Shown here one piece after another: positions 1 to 15,845 of a stretch of 64,000 bases of DNA. A program made the position numbers and the translations under genes. The DNA comes from Eledone cirrhosa. Lineage: Eukaryota. The stretch lies in assembly GCA_964016885.1 (NCBI GenBank), contig OZ024760.1:2604001-2668000 (forward strand), in the 5' to 3' direction. Below the pieces are notes generated by a model. The model saw only the letters and a program-made list of their open reading frames with translations. It was not told the DNA's origin and searched no databases. The stretch's first letter is position 1. Every line of letters starts with the position of its first letter.

Positions 1-3000
1 AAAAACCCGTCTCTAGCATCACATATAAACTACTTCTAAAACCCGTCTCTAGCATCACATATAAACTACTTCTAAAACCCCTTTCTAGCATCACATTTAA
101 ACTACTTCTAAAACCCCTCTCTAGCATCACATATAAACTACTTCTAAAACCCCTTTCTAGCATCACATATAAACTACTTCTAAAAACCCTCTCTAGCATC
201 TCATATAAACTACTTCTAAAACCCATCTCTAGCATCACATATAAACTACTTCTAAAACCCGTCTCTAGCATCACATATAAACTACTTCTAAAACCCCTTT
301 CTAGCATCACATATAAACTACTTCTAAAACCCCTCTCTAGCATCACATATAAACTACTTCTAAAACCCCTTTCTAGCATCACATATAAACTACTTCTAAA
401 AACCCTCTCTAGTATCACATATAAACTACTTCTAAAACACCTTTCTAGCATCACATATAAACTACTTCTAAAACCCCTCTCTAGCATCACATATAAACTA
501 CTTCTAAAACCCCTTTCTAGCATCACATATAAACTACTTCTAAAAACCCTCTCTAGTATCACATATAAATTACTTCTAAAACCCGTCTCTAGCATCACAT
601 ATAAACTACTTCTAAACCCCTCTCTATACTCTCTCTAGCATCACATATAAACTACTTCTAAAAACCCTCTCTAGTATCACATATTAACTACTTCTAAAAA
701 CCCTCTCTAGCATCACATATAAACTACTTCTAAAACCCGTCTCTAGCATCACATATAAACTACTTCTAAAACCCCTCTCTAGCATTGCATATAAACTACT
801 TCTAAAACCCGTCTCTAGCATCACATATAAACTACTTCTAAAACCCCTCTCTATATTCTCTCTAGCATCTCATATAAACTACTTCTAAAACCCCTTTCTA
901 GCATCACATATAAACTACTTCTAAAACCCTCTCTAGCATCACATATAAACTACTTCTAAAACCCGTCTCTAGCATCACATATAAACTACTTCTAAAACCC
1001 CTCTCTAGCATTGCATATAAACTACTTCTAAAACCCGTCTCTAGCATCACATATAAACTACTTCTAAAACCCCTCTCTATATTCTCTCTAGCATCTCATA
1101 TAAACTACTTCTAAAACCCCTCTCTAGCATCACATATAAACTACTTCTAAAAACACTCTCTAGTATCACATATAAACTACTTCTAAAAACCCTCTCTAGC
1201 ATCACATATAAACTACTTCTAAAACCCGTCTCTAGCATCACATATAAACTACTTCTAAAACCCCTCTCTAGCATTGCATATAAACTACTTCTAAAACCCG
1301 TCTCTAGCATCACATATAAACTACTTCTAAAACCCCTCTCTATACTCTCTTTAGCATCACATATAAACTACTTCTATAACCCCTCTCTATACTCTCTCTA
1401 GCATCTCATATAAACTACTTCTAAAAACCCTCTCTATACTCTCTCTAGCAACACATATAAACTACTTCTAAAAACCCTCTCTAGCATCACATATAAACTA
1501 CTTCTAAAAACCCTCTCTAGCATTACATATAAACTACTTCTAAAAACCCTGTATATATTCTCTCTAGCATCTTATATAAACTACTTCTAAAAACCCTCTC
1601 TATACTCTCTCTAGCAACACATATAAACTACTTCAAAAACCCCTCTCTAGCATCACATATAAACTACTTCTAAAACCCCTCTCTATACTCTCTCTAGCAT
1701 CACATATAAACTACTTCTAAAACTCTCTCTAGCATCACATATAAACTACTTCTAAAACCCCTCTCTATACTCTCTCTAGCATCACATATAAACAACTTCT
1801 AAAAACCCTCTCTAGCATCACATATAAACTACTTCTAAAAACCCGTCTCTAGCATCACATATAAACTACTTCTAAAAACCCGTCACGAGCATCACATATA
1901 AACTACTTCTAAAAACCCCTCTCTAGCATCACATATAAACTACTTCTAAAAACCCTCTCTAGCATCACATATAAATTACTTCTAAAACCCCTCTCTAGCA
2001 TCACATATAAACTACTTCTAAAACCCCTCACTCGCATCACATATAAACTACTTCTAAAACCCGCTCTAGCATCAAATATAAACTACTTCTAAAACCCTCT
2101 CTAGCATCAAATATAAACTACTTCTAAAACCCCTCTCTATACTCTCTCTAGCATCACATATTAACTACTTCTAAAAACCCTCTCTAGCATCACATATAAA
2201 CTACTACTAAAACCCCTCACTCGCATCACATATAAACTACTTCTAAAACCCTCTTTAGCATCACATATAAACTACTTCTAAAACCCCTCTCTATAATCTC
2301 TCTAGCATCTCATATAAACTATTTCTAAAACCCCTCTCTATACTCTCTCTAGCATCTCATATAAACTACTTCTAAAACCCTTCTCTAGCATTACATATAA
2401 ACTACTTCTAAAAACCCTCTCTAGCATCACATATAAACTACTTCTAAAACCCCTCTATAGCATCACATATAAACTACTTCTAAAAACCCTCTCTAGCATC
2501 ACATATAAACTACTTCTAAAAACACTCTCTAGCATCACATATAAACTACTTCTAAAAACCCTCTCTAGCATCACATATAAACTACTTCTAAAAACCCTCT
2601 GTAGCATCACATATAAACTACTTCTAAAAACACTCTCTAGCATCACATATAAACTACTTCTAAAAACCCTCTATAGCATCACATATAAACTACTTCTATA
2701 AACCCTCTTTAGCATCACATATAAACTACTTCTAAAAACCCTCTATAGCATCATATATAAACTACTTCTAAAAACCCTCTCTAGCATCACATATAAACTA
2801 CTTCTAAAAACCCTAGCATCACATATAAACTACTTCTAAAACCCCTCTCTAGCATCACATATAAACTACTTCTAAAAACCCTCTCTAGCATTACATATAA
2901 ACTACTTCTAAAACCCCTCTCTAGCATCGCATATAAACTACTTCTAAAACCCGTCTCTAGCAACACATATAAACGACTTCTAAAACCCGTCTCTAGCATC

Positions 3001-6000
3001 ACATATAAACTACTTCTAAAACCCCTCTCTATATTCTCTCTAGCATATCATATAAACTACTTCTAAAACCCCTCTCTAGCATCACATATAAACTACTTCT
3101 AAAAACCCTCTCTAGCAACACATATAAACTACTTGTAAAAACCCTCTCTAGCATCACATATAAACTACTTCTAAAACCTCTCTCTAGCATCACATATAAA
3201 GTACTTGTAAAACCCCTCTCTATATTCTCTCTAGCATCTCATATTAACTACTTCTAAAAGCCCTCTCTAGCATCACATATAAACTACCTCTAAAAACCCT
3301 CTCTAGCATCACATATAAACTACTTCTAAAAACACTCTCTAGTAACACATATAAACTACTTCTAAAAACCCTCTCTAGCATCACATGTAAACTACTTCTA
3401 AAACCTCTCTCTAGCATCACATATAAACTACTTCAATAACCCCTCTCTATACTCTCTCTAGCATCTCATATAAACTACTTGTAAAAACCCTCTCTATACA
3501 CTCTCTAGCAACACATATAAACTACTTCTAAAAACCCTCTCTAGCATCAATATATAAACTACTTCTAAAAACCCTCTCTAGCATTACATATAAACTACTT
3601 CTAAAAACCCTGTATATATTCTCTCTAGCATCTCATATAAACTACTTCTAAAAACCCTCTCTATATTCTCTCTAGCAACACATATAAACTATTTCTAAAA
3701 ACTCTCTCTAGCATCACATATAAAGTACTTCTAAAAACCCTCTCTATACTCTCTCTAGCATCTCATATAAACTACTTCTAAAACCCCTCTCTATACTCTC
3801 TCTAGCATCACATATAAACTACTTCTAAAAACCCGTCTCTAGCAACACATATAAACTACTTCTAAAAACCCGTCTCTAGCATCACATATAAACTACTTCT
3901 AAAACCCTCTCTAGCATCTCATATAAACTACTTCTAAAAACCCTCTCTAGCATCTCATATAAACTACTTCTAAAAACCCTCTCTAGCAACACATATAAAC
4001 TACTTCTAAAAACTCCCTCTAGCATCACATATAAACTACTTCTAAAACCCCTCTCTAGCATCACATATTAACTACTTCTAAAAACCCTCTCTAGCATCAC
4101 ATATAAACTACTACTAAAACCCCTCTCTAGCATCTCATATAAACTACTACTAAAACCCCTCACTCGCATCACATATAAACTACTTCTAAAACCCTCTTTA
4201 GCATCACATATAAACTACTTCTAAAACCCCTCTCTATACTCTCTCTAGCATCTCATATAAACTACTTGTAAAAACCCTCTCTATACACTCTCTAGCAACA
4301 CATATAAACTACTTCTAAAAACCCTCTCTAGCATCAATATATAAACTACTTCTAAAAACCCTCTCTAGCATTACATATAAACTACTTCTAAAAACCCTGT
4401 ATATATTCTCTCTAGCATCTCATATAAACTACTTCTAAAACCCCTCTCTAGCATCACATATTAACTACTTCTAAAAACCCTCTCTAGCATCTCATATAAA
4501 CTACTACTAAAACCCCTCACTCGCATCACATATAAACTACTTCTAAAACCCTCTTTAGCATCACATATAAACTACTTCTAAAACCCCTCTCTATACTCTC
4601 TCTAGCATCTCATATAAACTACTTGTAAAAACCCTCTCTATACACTCTCTAGCAACACATATAAACTACTTCTAAAACCCTCTTTAGCATCACATATAAA
4701 CTACTTCTAAAACCCTCTTTAGCATCACATATAAACTACTTCTCAAACCCCTCTCTATACTCTCTCTAGCATCTCATATAAACTACTTCTAAAAACCCTC
4801 TCTAGCATCTCATATAAACTACTTCTAAAAATCCTCTCTAGCAACACATATAAACTACTTCTAAAAACCCTGTATATATTCTCTCTAGCATCTCATATAA
4901 ACTACTTCTAAAACCCCTCACTAGCATCACATATAAACTACTTCTAAAACCCTCTTTAGCATCACATATAAACTACTTCTCAAACCCCTCTCTATACTCT
5001 CTCTAGCATCTCATATAAACTACTTCTAAAAACCCTCTCTAGCATCTCATATAAACTACTTCTAAAACCCCTCACTAGCATCACATATAAACTACTTCTA
5101 AAAACCCTCTCTAGCATCACATATAAACTACTTCTAAAACCCCTCACTAGCATCACATATAAACTACTTCTAAAACCCCTCACTAGCATCACATATAAAC
5201 TACTTCTAAAACCCCTCACTAGCATCACATATAAACTACTTCTAAAACCCCTCACTAGCATCACATATAAACTACTTCTAAAACCCCTCACTAGCATCAC
5301 ATATAAACTACTTCTAAAACCCCTCACTAGCATCACATATAAACTACTTCTAAAAACCCTCTCTAGCATCACATATAAACTACTTCTAAAACCCCTCACT
5401 AGCATCACATATAAACTACTTCTAAAAACCCTCTCTAGCATCTCATATAAACTACTTCTAAAACCCCTCACTAGCATCACATATAAACTACTTCTAAAAC
5501 CCCTCACTAGCATCACATATAAACTACTTCTAAAACCCCTCACTAGCATCACATATAAACTACTTCTAAAACCCCTCACTAGCATCACATATAAACTACT
5601 TCTAAAAACCCTCTCTAGCATCACATATAAACTACTTCTAAAACCCCTCACTAGCATCACATATAAACTACTTCTAAAAACCCTCTCTAGCATCTCATAT
5701 AAACTACTTCTAAAACCCCTCACTAGCATCACATATAAACTACTTCTAAAAACCCGTCTCTGGCATCACATATAAACTACTTCTAAAAACCCGTCACTAG
5801 CATCACATATAAACTACTTCTAAAACCCTCTTTAGCATCACATATAAACTACTTCTAAAACCCCTCTCTATACTCTCTCTAGCATCTCATATAAACTACT
5901 TCTAAAACCCTCTCTATACTCTCTCTAGCATCACATATAAACTACTTCTAAAACCCCTCTCTAGCATCACATATAAACTACTTCTAAAACCCCTCTCTAG

Positions 6001-9000
6001 CATCACATATAAACTACTCCTAAAAACCCTCTTTAGCATCACATATAAACTACTTCTAAAAACCCTCTCTATACTCTCTCTAGCATCTCATATAAACTAC
6101 TTCTAAAAACCCGTCTCTAACATCACATATAAACTACTTCTAAAACCCGTCTCTAGCATCACATATAAACTACTTCTAAAACCCCTCTCTAGCATGTCAT
6201 ATAAACTACTTCTAAAAACCCTCTCTAGCATCACATATAAACTACTTCTAAAAACCCGTCTCTAACATCACATATAAACTACTTCTAAAACCCCTCTCTA
6301 GCATCACATATAAACTACTTCTAAAACCCCTCTCTAGCATCACATATAAACTACTTCTAAAAACCCTCTCTAGCATCACATATAAACTACTTCTAAAAAC
6401 CCTCTCTAGCATCACATATAAACTACTTCTAAAACCCCTCTCTATACTCTCTCTAGCATCTCATATAAACTACTTCTAAAACCCCTCTCTAGCATCACAT
6501 ATAAACTACTTCTAAAATCCGTCTCTAGCATCACATATAAACTACTTCTAAAACCCCTTTCTAGCATCACATATAAACTACTTCTAAAACCCCTCTCTAG
6601 CATCACATATAAACTACTTCTAAATCCCCTTTCTAGCATCACATATAAACTACTTCTAAAAACCCTCTCTAGCATCCCATATAAACTACTTCTAAAACCC
6701 CTTTCTAGTATCACATATAAACTACTTCTAAAAACCCTCTCTAGCATCACATATAAACTACTTCTAAAACCCCTCTCTAGCATCACATATAAACTACTTC
6801 TAAAACCCGTCTCTAGCATCACATATAAACTACTTCTAAAACCCGTCTCTAGCATCACATATAAACTACTTCTAAAACCCCTTTCTAGCATCACATATAA
6901 ACTACTTCTAAAACCCCTCTCTAGCATCACATATAAACTACTTCTAAAACCCCTTTCTAGCATCACATATAAACTACTTCTAAAAACCCTCTCTAGCATC
7001 TCATATAAACTACTTCTAAAACCCGTCTCTAGCATCACATATAAACTACTTCTAAAACCCGTCTCTAGCATCACATATAAACTACTTCTAAAATCCCTTT
7101 CTAGCATCACATATAAACTACTTCTAAAACCCCTCTCTAGCATCACATATAAACTACTTCTAAAACCCCTTTCTAGCATCACATATAAACTACTTCTAAA
7201 AACCCTCTCTAGTATCACATATAAACTACTTCTAAAACACCTTTCTAGCATCACATATAAACTACTTCTAAAACCCCTCTCTAGCATCACATATAAACTA
7301 CTTCTAAAACCCCTTTCTAGCATCACATATAAACTACTTCTAAAAACCCTCTCTAGTATCACATATAAATTACTTCTAAAACCCGTCTCTAGCATCACAT
7401 ATAAACTACTTCTAAACCCCTCTCTATACTCTCTCTAGCATCACATATAAACTACTTCTAAAAACCCTCTCTAGTATCACATATTAACTACTTCTAAAAA
7501 CCCTCTCTAGCATCACATATAAACTACTTCTAAAACCCGTCTCTAGCATCACATATAAACTACTTCTAAAACCCCTCTCTAGCATTGCATATAAACTACT
7601 TCTAAAACCCGTCTCTAGCATCACATATAAACTACTTCTAAAACCCCTCTCTATATTCTCTCTAGCATCTCATATAAACTACTTCTAAAACCCCTTTCTA
7701 GCATCACATATAAACTACTTCTAAAACCCTCTCTAGCATCACATATAAACTACTTCTAAAACCCGTCTCTAGCATCACATATAAACTACTTCTAAAACCC
7801 CTCTCTAGCATTGCATATAAACTACTTCTAAAACCCGTCTCTAGCATCACATATAAACTACTTCTAAAACTCCTCTCTATATTCTCTCTAGCATCTCATA
7901 TAAACTACTTCTAAAACCCCTCTCTAGCATCACATATAAACTACTTCTAAAAACACTCTCTAGTATCACATATAAACTACTTCTAAAAACCCTCTCTAGC
8001 ATCACATATAAACTACTTCTAAAACCCGTCTCTAGCATCACATATAAACTACTTCTAAAACCCCTCTCTAGCATTGCATATAAACTACTTCTAAAACCCG
8101 TCTCTAGCATCACATATAAACTACTTCTAAAACCCCTCTCTATACTCTCTTTAGCATCACATATAAACTACTTCTATAACCCCTCTCTATACTCTCTCTA
8201 GCATCTCATATAAACTACTTCTAAAAACCCTCTCTATACTCTCTCTAGCAACACATATAAACTACTTCTAAAAACCCTCTCTAGCATCACATATAAACTA
8301 CTTCTAAAAACCCTCTCTAGCATTACATATAAACTACTTCTAAAAACCCTGTATATATTCTCTCTAGCATCTTATATAAACTACTTCTAAAAACCCTCTC
8401 TATACTCTCTCTAGCAACACATATAAACTACTTCAAAAACCCCTCTCTAGCATCACATATAAACTACTTCTAAAACCCCTCTCTATACTCTCTCTAGCAT
8501 CACATATTCACTACTTCTAAAAACCCGCCTCTAGCATCACATATAAACTACTTCTAAAACTCTCTCTAGCATCACATATAAACTACTTCTAAAACCCCTC
8601 TCTATACTCTCTCTAGCATCACATATAAACAACTTCTAAAAACCCTCTCTAGCATCACATATAAACTACTTCTAAAAACCCGTCTCTAGCATCACATATA
8701 AACTACTTCTAAAAACCCGTCACGAGCATCACATATAAACTACTTCTAAAAACCCCTCTCTAGCATCACATATAAACTACTTCTAAAAACCCTCTTTAGC
8801 ATCACATATAAATTACTTCTAAAACCCCTCTCTAGCATCACATATAAACTACTTCTAAAACCCCTCACTCGCATCACATATAAACTACTTCTAAAACCCT
8901 CTCTAGCATCAAATATAAACTACTTCTAAAACCCTCTCTAGCATCAAATATAAACTACTTCTAAAACCCCTCTCTATACTCTCTCTAGCATCACATATTA

Positions 9001-12000
9001 ACTACTTCTAAAAACCCTCTCTAGCATCACATATAAACTACTACTAAAACCCCTCACTCGCATCACATATAAACTACTTCTAAAACCCTCTTTAGCATCA
9101 CATATAAACTACTTCTAAAACCCCTCTCTATACTCTCTCTAGCATCTCATATAAACTATTTCTAAAACCCCTCTCTATACTCTCTCTAGCATCTCATATA
9201 AACTACTTCTAAAACCCTTCTCTAGCATTACATATAAACTACTTCTAAAAACCCTCTCTAGCATCACATATAAACTACTTCTAAAACCCCTCTATAGCAT
9301 CACATATAAACTACTTCTAAAAACCCTCTCTAGCATCACATATAAACTACTTCTAAAAACCCTCTCTAGCATCACATATAAACTACTTCTAAAAACCCTC
9401 TGTATCATCACATATAAACTACTTCTAAAAATACTCTCTAGCATCACATATAAACTACTTCTAAAAACCCTCTATAGCATCACATATAAACTACTTCTAT
9501 AAACCCTCTTTAGCATCACATATAAACTACTTCTAAAAACCCTCTATAGCATCATATATAAACTACTTCTAAAAACCCTCTCTAGCATCACATATAAACT
9601 ACTTCTAAAAACCCTAGCATCACATATAAACTACTTCTAAAACCCCTCTCTAGCATTACATATAAACTACTTCTAAAAACCCTGTATATATTCTCTCTAG
9701 CATCTCATATAAACTACTTCTAAAACCCCTCACTAGCATCACATATAAACTACTTCTAAAACCCTCTTTAGCATCACATATAAACTACTTCTCAAACCCC
9801 TCTCTATACTCTCTCTAGCATCTCATATAAACTACTTCTAAAAACCCTCTCTAGCATCTCATATAAACTACTTCTAAAAACCCTCTCTAGCAACACATAT
9901 AAACTACTTCTAAAAACTCTCTCTAGCATCACATATAAACTACTTCTAAAACCCCTCTCTAGCATCACATATAAACTACTTCTAAAACCCCTCTCTATAC
10001 TCTCTCTAGCATCTCATATAAACTACTTCTAAAACCCCTCTCTATACTCTCTCTAGCATCTCATATAAACTACTTCTAAAACCCCTCTCTATACTCTCTC
10101 TAGCATCACATATAAACTACTTCTAAAACCCCTCTCTATACTCTCTCTAGCATCTCATATAAACTACTTCTAAAACCCCTCTCTATACTCTCTCTAGCAT
10201 CTCATATAAACTACTTCTAAAACCCCTCTCTATACTCTCTCTAGCATCACATATAAACTACTTCTAAAACCCCTCTCTATACTCTCTCTAGCATCACATA
10301 TAAACTACTTCTAAAACCCCTCTCTATACTCTCTCTAGCATCACATATAAACTACTTCTAAAACCCCTCTCTATACTCTCTCTAGCATCTCATATAAACT
10401 ACTTGTAAAAACCCTCTCTATACACTCTCTAGCAACACATATAAACTACTTCTAAAAACCCTCTCTAGCATCAATATATAAACTACTTCTAAAAACCCTC
10501 TCTAGCATTACATATAAACTACTTCTAAAAACCCTGTATATATTCTCTCTAGCATCTCATATAAACTACTTCTAAAACCCCTCACTAGCATCACATATAA
10601 ACTACTTCTAAAACCCTCTTTAGCATCACATATAAACTACTTCTCAAACCCCTCTCTATACTCTCTCTAGCATCTCATATAAACTACTTCTAAAAACCCT
10701 CTCTAGCATCTCATATAAACTACTTCTAAAACCCCTCACTAGCATCACATATAAACTACTTCTAAAACCCTCTTTAGCATCACATATAAACTACTTCTCA
10801 AACCCCTCTCTATACTCTCTCTAGCATCTCATATAAACTACTTCTAAAAACCCTCTCTAGCATCACATATAAACTACTTCTAAAACCCCTCTCTAGCATC
10901 ACATATAAACTACTTCTAAAAACCCTCTCTAGCAACAGATATAAACTACTTCTAAAACCCCTCTCTAGCATCACATATAAACGACTTCTAAAACCCGTCT
11001 CTAGCATCACATATAAACTACTTCTAAAACCCCTCTCTATATTCTCTCTAGCATATCATATAAACTACTTCTAAAACCCCTCTCTAGCATCACATATAAA
11101 CTACTTCTAAAAACCCTCTCTAGCAACACATATAAACTACTTCTAAAAACCCTCTCTAGCATCACATATAAACTACTTCTAAAACCTCTCTCTAGCATCA
11201 CATATAAAGTACTTCTAAAACCCCTCTCTATATTCTCTCTAGCATCTCATATTAACTACTTCTAAAAGCCCTCTCTAGCATCACATGTAAACTACTTCTA
11301 AAACCTCTCTCTAGCATCACATATAAACTACTTCAATAACCCCTCTCTATACTCTCTCTAGCATCTCATATAAACTACTTGTAAAAACCCTCTCTATACA
11401 CTCTCTAGCAACACATATAAACTACTTCTAAAAACCCTCTCTAGCATCAATATATAAACTACTTCTAAAAACCCTCTCTAGCATTACATATAAACTACTT
11501 CTAAAAACCCTGTATATATTCTCTCTAGCATCTCATATAAACTACTTCTAAAAACCCTCTCTATATTCTCTCTAGCAACACATATAAACTATTTCTAAAA
11601 ACTCTCTCTAGCATCACATATAAAGTACTTCTAAAAACCCTCTCTATACTCTCTCTAGCATCTCATATAAACTACTTCTAAAACCCCTCTCTATACTCTC
11701 TCTAGCATCACATATAAACTACTTCTAAAAACCCGTCTCTAGCAACACATATAAACTACTTCTAAAAACCCGTCTCTAGCATCACATATAAACTACTTCT
11801 AAAAACCCGTCACTAGCATCCCATATAAACTACTTCTAAAAATCCTCTCTAGCATCACATATAAACTACTTCTAAAAACCCCTCTCTAGCATCACATATA
11901 AACTACTTCTAAAAACCCCTCTCTAGCATCACATATAAACTACTTCTAAAAACCCCTCTCTAGCATCCCATATAAACTACTTCTAAAAATCCTCTCTAGC

Positions 12001-14510
12001 ATCCCATATAAACTACTTCTAAAAATCCTCTCTAGCATCACATATAAACTACTTCTAAAAACCCCTCTCTAGCATCACATATAAACTACTTCTAAAATCA
12101 CTCTCTAGCATCTCATATAAACTACTTCTAAAACCCCTCACTAGCATCACATATAAACTACTTCTAAAACCCTCTTTAGCATCACATATAAACTACTTCT
12201 CAAACCCCTCTCTATACTCTCTCTAGCATCTCATATAAACTACTTCTAAAAACCCTCTCTAGCATCTCATATAAACTACTTCTAAAAACCCTCTCTAGCA
12301 ACACATATAAACTACTTCTAAAAACTCTCTCTAGCATCACATATAAACTACTTCTAAAACCCCTCTCTAGCATCACATATTAACTACTTCTAAAAACCCT
12401 CTCTAGCATCACATATAAACTACTACTAAAACCCCTCACTCGCATCACATATAAACTACTTCTAAAACCCTCTTTAGCATCACATATAAACTACTTCTAA
12501 AACCCCTCTCTATACTCTCTCTAGCATCTCATATAAACTACTTGTAAAAACCCTCTCTATACACTCTCTAGCAACACATATAAACTACTTCTAAAAACCC
12601 TCTCTAGCATCAATATATAAACTACTTCTAAAAACCCTCTCTAGCATTACATATAAACTACTTCTAAAAACCCTGTATATATTCTCTCTAGCATCTCATA
12701 TAAACTACTTCTAAAACCCCTCACTAGCATCACATATAAACTACTTCTAAAACCCTCTTTAGCATCACATATAAACTACTTCTCAAACCCCTCTCTATAC
12801 TCTCTCTAGCATCTCATATAAACTACTTCTAAAAACCCTCTCTAGCATCTCATATAAACTACTTCTAAAAACCCTCTCTAGCAACACATATAAACTACTT
12901 CTAAAAACTCTCTCTAGCATCACATATAAACTACTTCTAAAACCCCTCTCTAGCATCACATATAAACTACTTCTAAAACCCCTCTCTAGCATCACATATA
13001 AACTACTTCTAAAAACCCTCTCTAGCATCACATATAAACTACTTCTAAAAACACTCTCTAGCATCACATATAAACTACTTCTAAAAACACTCTCTAGCAT
13101 CACATATAAACTACTTCTAAAAACCCTCTCTAGCATCACATATAAACTACTTCTAAAAACACTCTCTAGCATCACATATAAACTACTTCTAAACACCCTC
13201 TCTAGCATCACATATAAACTACTTCTAAAAACCCTAGCATCACATATAAACTACTTCTAAAACCCTCTCTATACTCTCTCTAGCATCACATATAAACTAC
13301 TTCTAAAAACCCTCTCTAGCATCACATATAAACTACTTCTAAAAGCCCTAGCATCACATATAAACTACTTCTAAAAACCCTCTCTAGCATCACATATAAA
13401 CTACTTCTAAAAACCCTTGCATCACATATAAACTACTTCTAAAAACCCTCTCTATACTCTCTCTAGCATCACATATAAACTACTTCTAAAAACCCTCTCT
13501 AGCATCACATATAAACTACTTCTAAAAACCCTAGCATCACATATAAACTACTTCTAAAAACCCTCTCTAGCATCACATATAAACTACTTCTAAAAACCCT
13601 AGCATCACATATAAACTACTTCTAAAAACCCTCTCTATACTCTCTCTATAAACTACTTCTAAAACACATGCTGACATATAAAATACTCTAAACACTCTAA
13701 GATCTAGCATCACATATAAATCTACTTCTAGCATACTTAAACTCTTCTAAAAACCCTCTCTAGCATCACATATAAACTACTTCTAAAAACCCTCTCTAGC
13801 ATCACATATAAACTACTTCTAAAACCTCTCTCTAGCATCACATATAAACTACTTCTAAAAACCCTCTCTAGCATCACATATAAACTACTTCTAAAAACCC
13901 TCTTTAGCATCACATATAAACTACTTCTAAAAACCCTCTCTAGCATCACATATAAACTACTTCTAAAAACCCTCTCTAGCATCACATATAAACTACTTCT
14001 AAAAACCTTCTCTAGCATCACATATAAACTACTTCTAAAAACCCTCTCTAGCATCACATATAAACTACTTCTAAAACCCCTCTCTAGTATCACATATAAA
14101 CTACTTCTAAAAACCCTCTCTATCATCACATATAAACTACTTCTAAAAACCCTCTTTAGCATCACATATAAACTACTTCTAAAAACCCTCTCTAGCATCA
14201 CATATAAACTACTTCTAAAACCCCTCTCTAGCATCACATATAAACTACTTCTAAAAACCCTCTCTAGCATCACATATAAACTACTTCTAAAAACCCTCTC
14301 TAGCATCACATATAAACTACTTCTAAAAACACTCTTTAGCATCACATATAAACTACTTCTAAAACGCCTCTCTATACTCTCTCTAGCATCACATATAAAC
14401 TACTTCTAAAACCCTCTCTAGCATCACATATAATCTACTTCTAAAATCCCTCTCTAGCATCACATATAAACTACTTCTAAAAACACTCTATATATTCTCT
14501 CTAGTATCAC
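1..14510. repeat. 36-bp tandem satellite array (roughly 370-400 units), runs off window start
   Basis: Unit AAAACCCCTCTCTAGCATCACATATAAACTACTTCT, with 46-bp variants (+CTATACTCTC) and shorter deletion variants. The minus-strand (MLERGFRSSLYV)n ORFs are unit read-through. Confidence 0.98.
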
Positions 14511-14697
14511 CATGTGTTGTGTCACAATCCTTTTCATGAAAATACAAATTGGCACTGACAATTATTCATATTGATTATAGATATTGATTATACATACTGA
14601 TTTCTAATTTAGACACAAGGCCAACTAATTTGTGAGAAGACCAAAGTTGATTAAATCAACCCCAGTATTTGACTGGTACTTTATTTTATCAACCCTC

Positions 14698-14924
14698 TTA
14701 ACCTTTTAACATTTACATTACTATATTTACTATTGTATTTTCATGGTAAATGCTTTACCTCACATAATCATCTTACATAATATTGAATCTATGAGATTTT
14801 TATATAATTTACTTTGAGAACAATACCTTAATATAAGTATGAGTAGCCAGTTACAGTCGGTTTGAACAGTAAGAGGTGAGAGAATTCTGGGCAGATATGA
14901 TTGGTTTAAATGCTAAAGGGTTGA
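14698..14924 (+). mobile_element. TTAA-bounded MITE (piggyBac-like termini)
   Basis: Left TTAACCTTTTAACATTT and right AAATGCTAAAGGGTTGA are imperfect inverted termini. The same right end recurs at ~27716-27800 and ~61600-61692, and inverted at ~57222. Confidence 0.7.
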
Positions 14925-15226
14925 TAATAATTGTTTCTACTTTTGGCACAAGGCCAGCAATTATCCCAGTGTATTACTGGTACTTTATTTTAACGACCCT
15001 GTAAGGATGAAAGTCAAAGTTATCCTCGGCAGGATTTGAACTCAGAATGGCAAGGGCCGTAACTCTATGCGTCAAAGCATAGCGTCAGACCCTCTACCGA
15101 TTACTGCCAATCTTGATAATAATTGTTTCTACTTTAGGCACAAGGCCAGCAAATACCCAGTGCATTACTGGTACTTTATTTTATCGACCCCGTAAGGATG
15201 AAAGGCAAAGTTAACCTCAGCGGGAT
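14925..15226 (-). mobile_element. Two tRNA-derived SINE copies (family A, Meta-domain-like)
   Basis: Reverse complement of GAGTTCAAATCC (B box)...CTTTGCCTTTCATCCTTACGGGGTCGATAAAATAAAGTACCAG...GGCCTTGTGCC with a (TTA)n tail. Confidence 0.85.
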
Positions 15227-15570
15227 TCATTTCATCATTCATTTCATTTTATGTCCACTTTTCCCTGCTTGCAAGGGTGGGACGGGAACTGATTCTGGCT
15301 TGATTTCTACAGCTGGATGCCCTTCCTAACACCAACCTCATTTACAGTGAGTGCTGGGTGCTTTTTTGCCGTGGCACCTCCACGACCACTTTGCAGTGGA
15401 ATGATAGGGACCCCAGTCCCTATCATCTCATTTCTACAGCTGAGTAAACTGGAGCAATGTGAAATAAAGTGTCTTGCTCAAGGAAACAACACATCACCCG
15501 GTCTGAGAATTGAACTCTCAACCTTTCGATTGCAAGGCCAATGCTCTAACCACTAAGCCATGTACCTCCA
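15226..15570 (-). mobile_element. SINE family B1 (tRNA head + CORE-like + RTE-type tail)
   Basis: Near-identical reverse complement of 42401-42745; A box TGGCTTAGTGG, B box GAGTTCAATTC, CCTTGAGCAAGACACTT, (AAATG)n tail. Confidence 0.85.
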
Positions 15571-15589
15571 TTGATAATAATAATATTCT

Positions 15590-15845
15590 TTTCTTCTTCT
15601 TATCCCACTTATTCCTGAGAGGTTCATGGGGACAGACAGTTCACAAACGCTCCTTTCAATGGATCTTCTCAGAAGCAACCATCTTTAATTGAACCAACTG
15701 GATACTCAAGTGAGTCCAGCCAAGCTCATGGAGTCCAGCCAAACCATCTTGCTTGAGGGGTCTACCCCTGGATCTCCTGCCTGTTGGTTTTGCCTGTAAA
15801 ATCTGTCCAGCAATTCTTTCCTGAGACATTCTAACCACATGTCCA
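15590..15845 (-). mobile_element. RTE-clade LINE 3' fragment
   Basis: Translation (GH)VVRMSQERIAGQILQAKPTGRRSRGRP is typical of the RTE ORF C-terminus; AAG-rich tail. Confidence 0.6.

Noticed and set aside
4992-14345. Long minus-strand ORFs (up to 318 aa) of MLERGFRSSLYV repeats
   Set aside because: Result of a stop-free 36-bp unit; frequent 1-bp and 10-bp indels break the frame, with no sign of coding constraint.
1-14510. CRISPR-like appearance (36-bp repeat)
   Set aside because: Units are contiguous with no unique spacers, there are no cas genes, and the context is eukaryotic.
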